Assembly (NCBI GenBank): GCA_964564675.1
Contig: CAZMBI010000003.1
Coordinates: 6,033 to 70,032, forward strand
Length of the DNA: 64,000 bases
Direction of reading: 5' to 3'
From: an uncultured Azospirillaceae bacterium
Lineage (GTDB): Bacteria; Pseudomonadota; Alphaproteobacteria; Rickettsiales; UBA3002
In this document: piece after piece, positions 61,821-64,000 of the stretch
How positions within the stretch are numbered: the first letter of the stretch is position 1
Layout: every line of letters starts with the position of its first letter
Made by a program: the position numbers and the translations under genes
The notes under the pieces: generated by a model
Told to the model about the DNA's origin: nothing
The model's database searches: none
Seen by the model: the letters and a program-made list of their open reading frames with translations, nothing else

Positions 61821-63992
61821 TCACAAAAAGTAATAGGGGTCGATATCGACCTTAAGACGTACCGATCGCGGCAGCGGCGCGGCGGAAAGCCATGCACGCA
61901 GATAATGCTGCAGCGGCAGTTCGCGCGGCGCCTTGACCAATAAGCGGAATCGGTAGTGATCCTTTAGTTTTGATAACGGCGCGGGGGCCGGGCCAAGCAC
62001 GCGCACGCCCTCCCGTTGCGGCGCATGGCGCACCAGCTCGCGGGCGGCGCGGGCGGTCACCTGTTCCTGTTTGCCGTCGAGCAACAGCGCCGCCAGCCGG
62101 CCATAAGGCGGCCAGCCGCCGCGGCGGCGCTGGGTAAGTTCCGCCTGCACAAACCCGTCGCGGTTGCCGGCGGCCATCGCCTGCAGCACCGGATGCTCGG
62201 GCTGACAGGTTTGCAACAGCACGCGCCCGGCCACCGATTCGCGCCCAGCGCGCCCGGCCAGCTGATGCAGCAGCTGAAACGTATGTTCACAGGCGCGTAA
62301 GTCGCCGCCGGACAGCCCCAGATCGGCGTCTATAATCCCCACCAGTCCCAGTTGCGGAAAATGGTGGCCCTTGGCGACCAGCTGCGTGCCGATGATGATA
62401 TCGACCTCGTGGCGGATAATGCGGGCAATCTGTTCGGCAAGCCCGCTATCGTCGCCGGTCAGCACCGCCAGTCGCGCCTCGGGAAAACGCTGCGCCACTT
62501 CCTCGTGCACACGCTCCACCCCCGGCCCGCAGGCCACCAGCTGGTCTTGTTCTCCGCATTGCGGGCAGGCCGGCGGCATCGGCTGGCGGTGGCCGCAATG
62601 ATGGCACTCCAGTCGCGGCGGGTGCTGATGCTGCACCAGCCAGGCCGAACAGTGTTCGCATTGAAAGCGGAACCCGCAATTGCGGCAGAGCACCAGCGGC
62701 GCATAGCCACGGCGGTTGAGAAAAAGCAGCGATTGCTGTCGGTTCGCCCAGCTTTCCGTGAGCGCCGCCAGCAGCGGCGGCGATAGCCAGCTTTGACGCT
62801 CGGGCTTGTGCTGACGGCCATCGATCAGCTCCACCGGCGCCGCGCCGTGCGTGCCGTGGCGCCGGCGCAGCCGGAACTCATGGTATTTACCCTGCGCGAT
62901 ATTGTAGACCGTCTCCAGCGACGGCGTGGCCGAGACCAGTATTGCCGGAACCTCTTCCTGGTGCGCGCGCGCCACCGCCATATCCCGCGCCTGATAGGGC
63001 ACGCCCTCCTCCTGTTTGTAGGAGGTTTCATGCTCCTCATCGACAATCACCGCCTGCAGGTTACGATAGGGCAGATACAGCGCCGAGCGCGCGCCGACCA
63101 CCAGCCGTGCCGTGCCGTTTGCGATGGCCAGCCACGCCTGTTTACGCTGCGCCTGACTCATGTTGGAATGCCAGATGAACGGGCGGGCCCCGAAGCGCGC
63201 CTCGCAACGGGCAAGCCACTGCACGGTCAGCACAATTTCCGGTAGCAACACGAGAATCTGCCCGTTTGCCCGGCGCTTCTCCGGCACCGTGCCGACCTGG
63301 TGAGACGGCGCCGCGGTTTGCTGCAAGACTGCCTCGATCACTTCAAAATAGACCTCCGTCTTGCCCGAACCGGTGACACCATCGAGCACATTGGCGGAGA
63401 ACCCCCGGCCAAGCCGGCCCTTAAGCGCGGAAGCCGCCGCCTCCTGTTCGCCAGACAGGGTGGGCGAGGCGGCAAAGGTGAAGGATTGCGCCGCCGGCAT
63501 GGCCGGCTCGTCGCGGGCGATCAACTGCCCGTCTTTCACCATGGCGCGCAGGGTGGCGGCACTGGCCACGTCGAGCAGCGCGTCGCGAGCCGCTGAATCA
63601 CCGAGCCGGTCTATCACGCGTTGTCGCGCCGCCGACAGCTTCGCCGGTAATACGCCCGGCCGATATACCGTTCGCGTCGGCGGGTCGCTGAGCGCCTGCG
63701 GCATCGTCAGAAGCATTTTCAGGCACAGGCCGGCGGGTTGCAGATAATACGCCGCGCTCCAGGCGATGAAGCGACGCATGGTCTGCGAGACGGCCGGCAC
63801 GTGGGTGTAGGCTTCGGCCACGGGTTTACACTTATCCGGCGCCCGCGAGCCCTCGCCCCACACCACGCCGGTCAGGTGACGGCGACCGAAAGGCACCCGC
63901 ACATATTGTCCGCAAACCAACTGCATGCCGTCGGGCACACGGTAATCAAAGCCGTGGTCAAAGGGCAGGGGCAGCAGGATTTCAACTTGCAT
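61821..63992 (-). CDS. priA: primosomal replication restart helicase PriA
   Basis: 723 aa with Walker A GVTGSGKT, DEEH and a Cys-rich zinc region (CRNCG...CEHC...CHHCG...CPQCG). Confidence 0.9.
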   Translation of the reverse strand: MQVEILLPLPFDHGFDYRVPDGMQLVCGQYVRVPFGRRHLTGVVWGEGSRAPDKCKPVAEAYTHVPAVSQTMRRFIAWSAAYYLQPAGLCLKMLLTMPQALSDPPTRTVYRPGVLPAKLSAARQRVIDRLGDSAARDALLDVASAATLRAMVKDGQLIARDEPAMPAAQSFTFAASPTLSGEQEAAASALKGRLGRGFSANVLDGVTGSGKTEVYFEVIEAVLQQTAAPSHQVGTVPEKRRANGQILVLLPEIVLTVQWLARCEARFGARPFIWHSNMSQAQRKQAWLAIANGTARLVVGARSALYLPYRNLQAVIVDEEHETSYKQEEGVPYQARDMAVARAHQEEVPAILVSATPSLETVYNIAQGKYHEFRLRRRHGTHGAAPVELIDGRQHKPERQSWLSPPLLAALTESWANRQQSLLFLNRRGYAPLVLCRNCGFRFQCEHCSAWLVQHQHPPRLECHHCGHRQPMPPACPQCGEQDQLVACGPGVERVHEEVAQRFPEARLAVLTGDDSGLAEQIARIIRHEVDIIIGTQLVAKGHHFPQLGLVGIIDADLGLSGGDLRACEHTFQLLHQLAGRAGRESVAGRVLLQTCQPEHPVLQAMAAGNRDGFVQAELTQRRRGGWPPYGRLAALLLDGKQEQVTARAARELVRHAPQREGVRVLGPAPAPLSKLKDHYRFRLLVKAPRELPLQHYLRAWLSAAPLPRSVRLKVDIDPYYFL

Positions 63993-64000
63993 ACCGGCAG

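Overview
The window reads as a gene-dense core chromosomal segment of an alphaproteobacterium, at roughly 58-60% GC by eye. I found no rRNA, tRNA, CRISPR array, transposase or integrase. All product calls rest on motifs I recognise in the supplied ORF translations; no database search was run.

Genes, left to right:
- 1-7 kb: BON-domain fragment, gshB, cysQ, and a giant NAD-glutamate dehydrogenase.
- 7-17.4 kb: a tightly packed minus-strand gene chain of M16 peptidase pair, pgi, mutL, GT4 transferase, CapD-like dehydratase and purH.
- 17.4-23.9 kb: lspA, ribF, secF, a CaCA antiporter, murJ and uppP.
- 23.9-34.5 kb: the cytochrome bc1 operon petABC, trmL, hemF, ampG, a PfkB kinase, kdsB and a membrane-anchored cytochrome c.
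- 34.5-42.7 kb: an NfeD/SPFH pair, yejABEF and qor.
- 42.8-48.5 kb: the partition neighbourhood mnmE-mnmG-rsmG-parA-parB, with three parS palindromes.
- 48.5-64 kb: holA-lptE-leuS, a porin, yggS, the F1 ATP synthase operon atpHAGDC and priA.

Observations most worth following up:
1. A low-GC four-helix-bundle gene of the 23S-rRNA-IVS-protein family sits between atpA and atpG. It is bracketed by inverted tandem octamer arrays that could form an IVS-like stem.
2. A roughly 1.9-kb low-GC islet lies between hemF and ampG. It encodes two co-directional orphan proteins and is flanked by a degenerate direct repeat of the ampG 3' end.
3. A family of short C-rich/G-rich hairpin repeats occurs in-frame inside hemF and ampG, probably inside uppP, and once intergenically. 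This resembles the behaviour of Rickettsia palindromic elements.

Many long ORFs in the six-frame track are antisense shadows of real genes in this high-GC sequence, and I rejected them.
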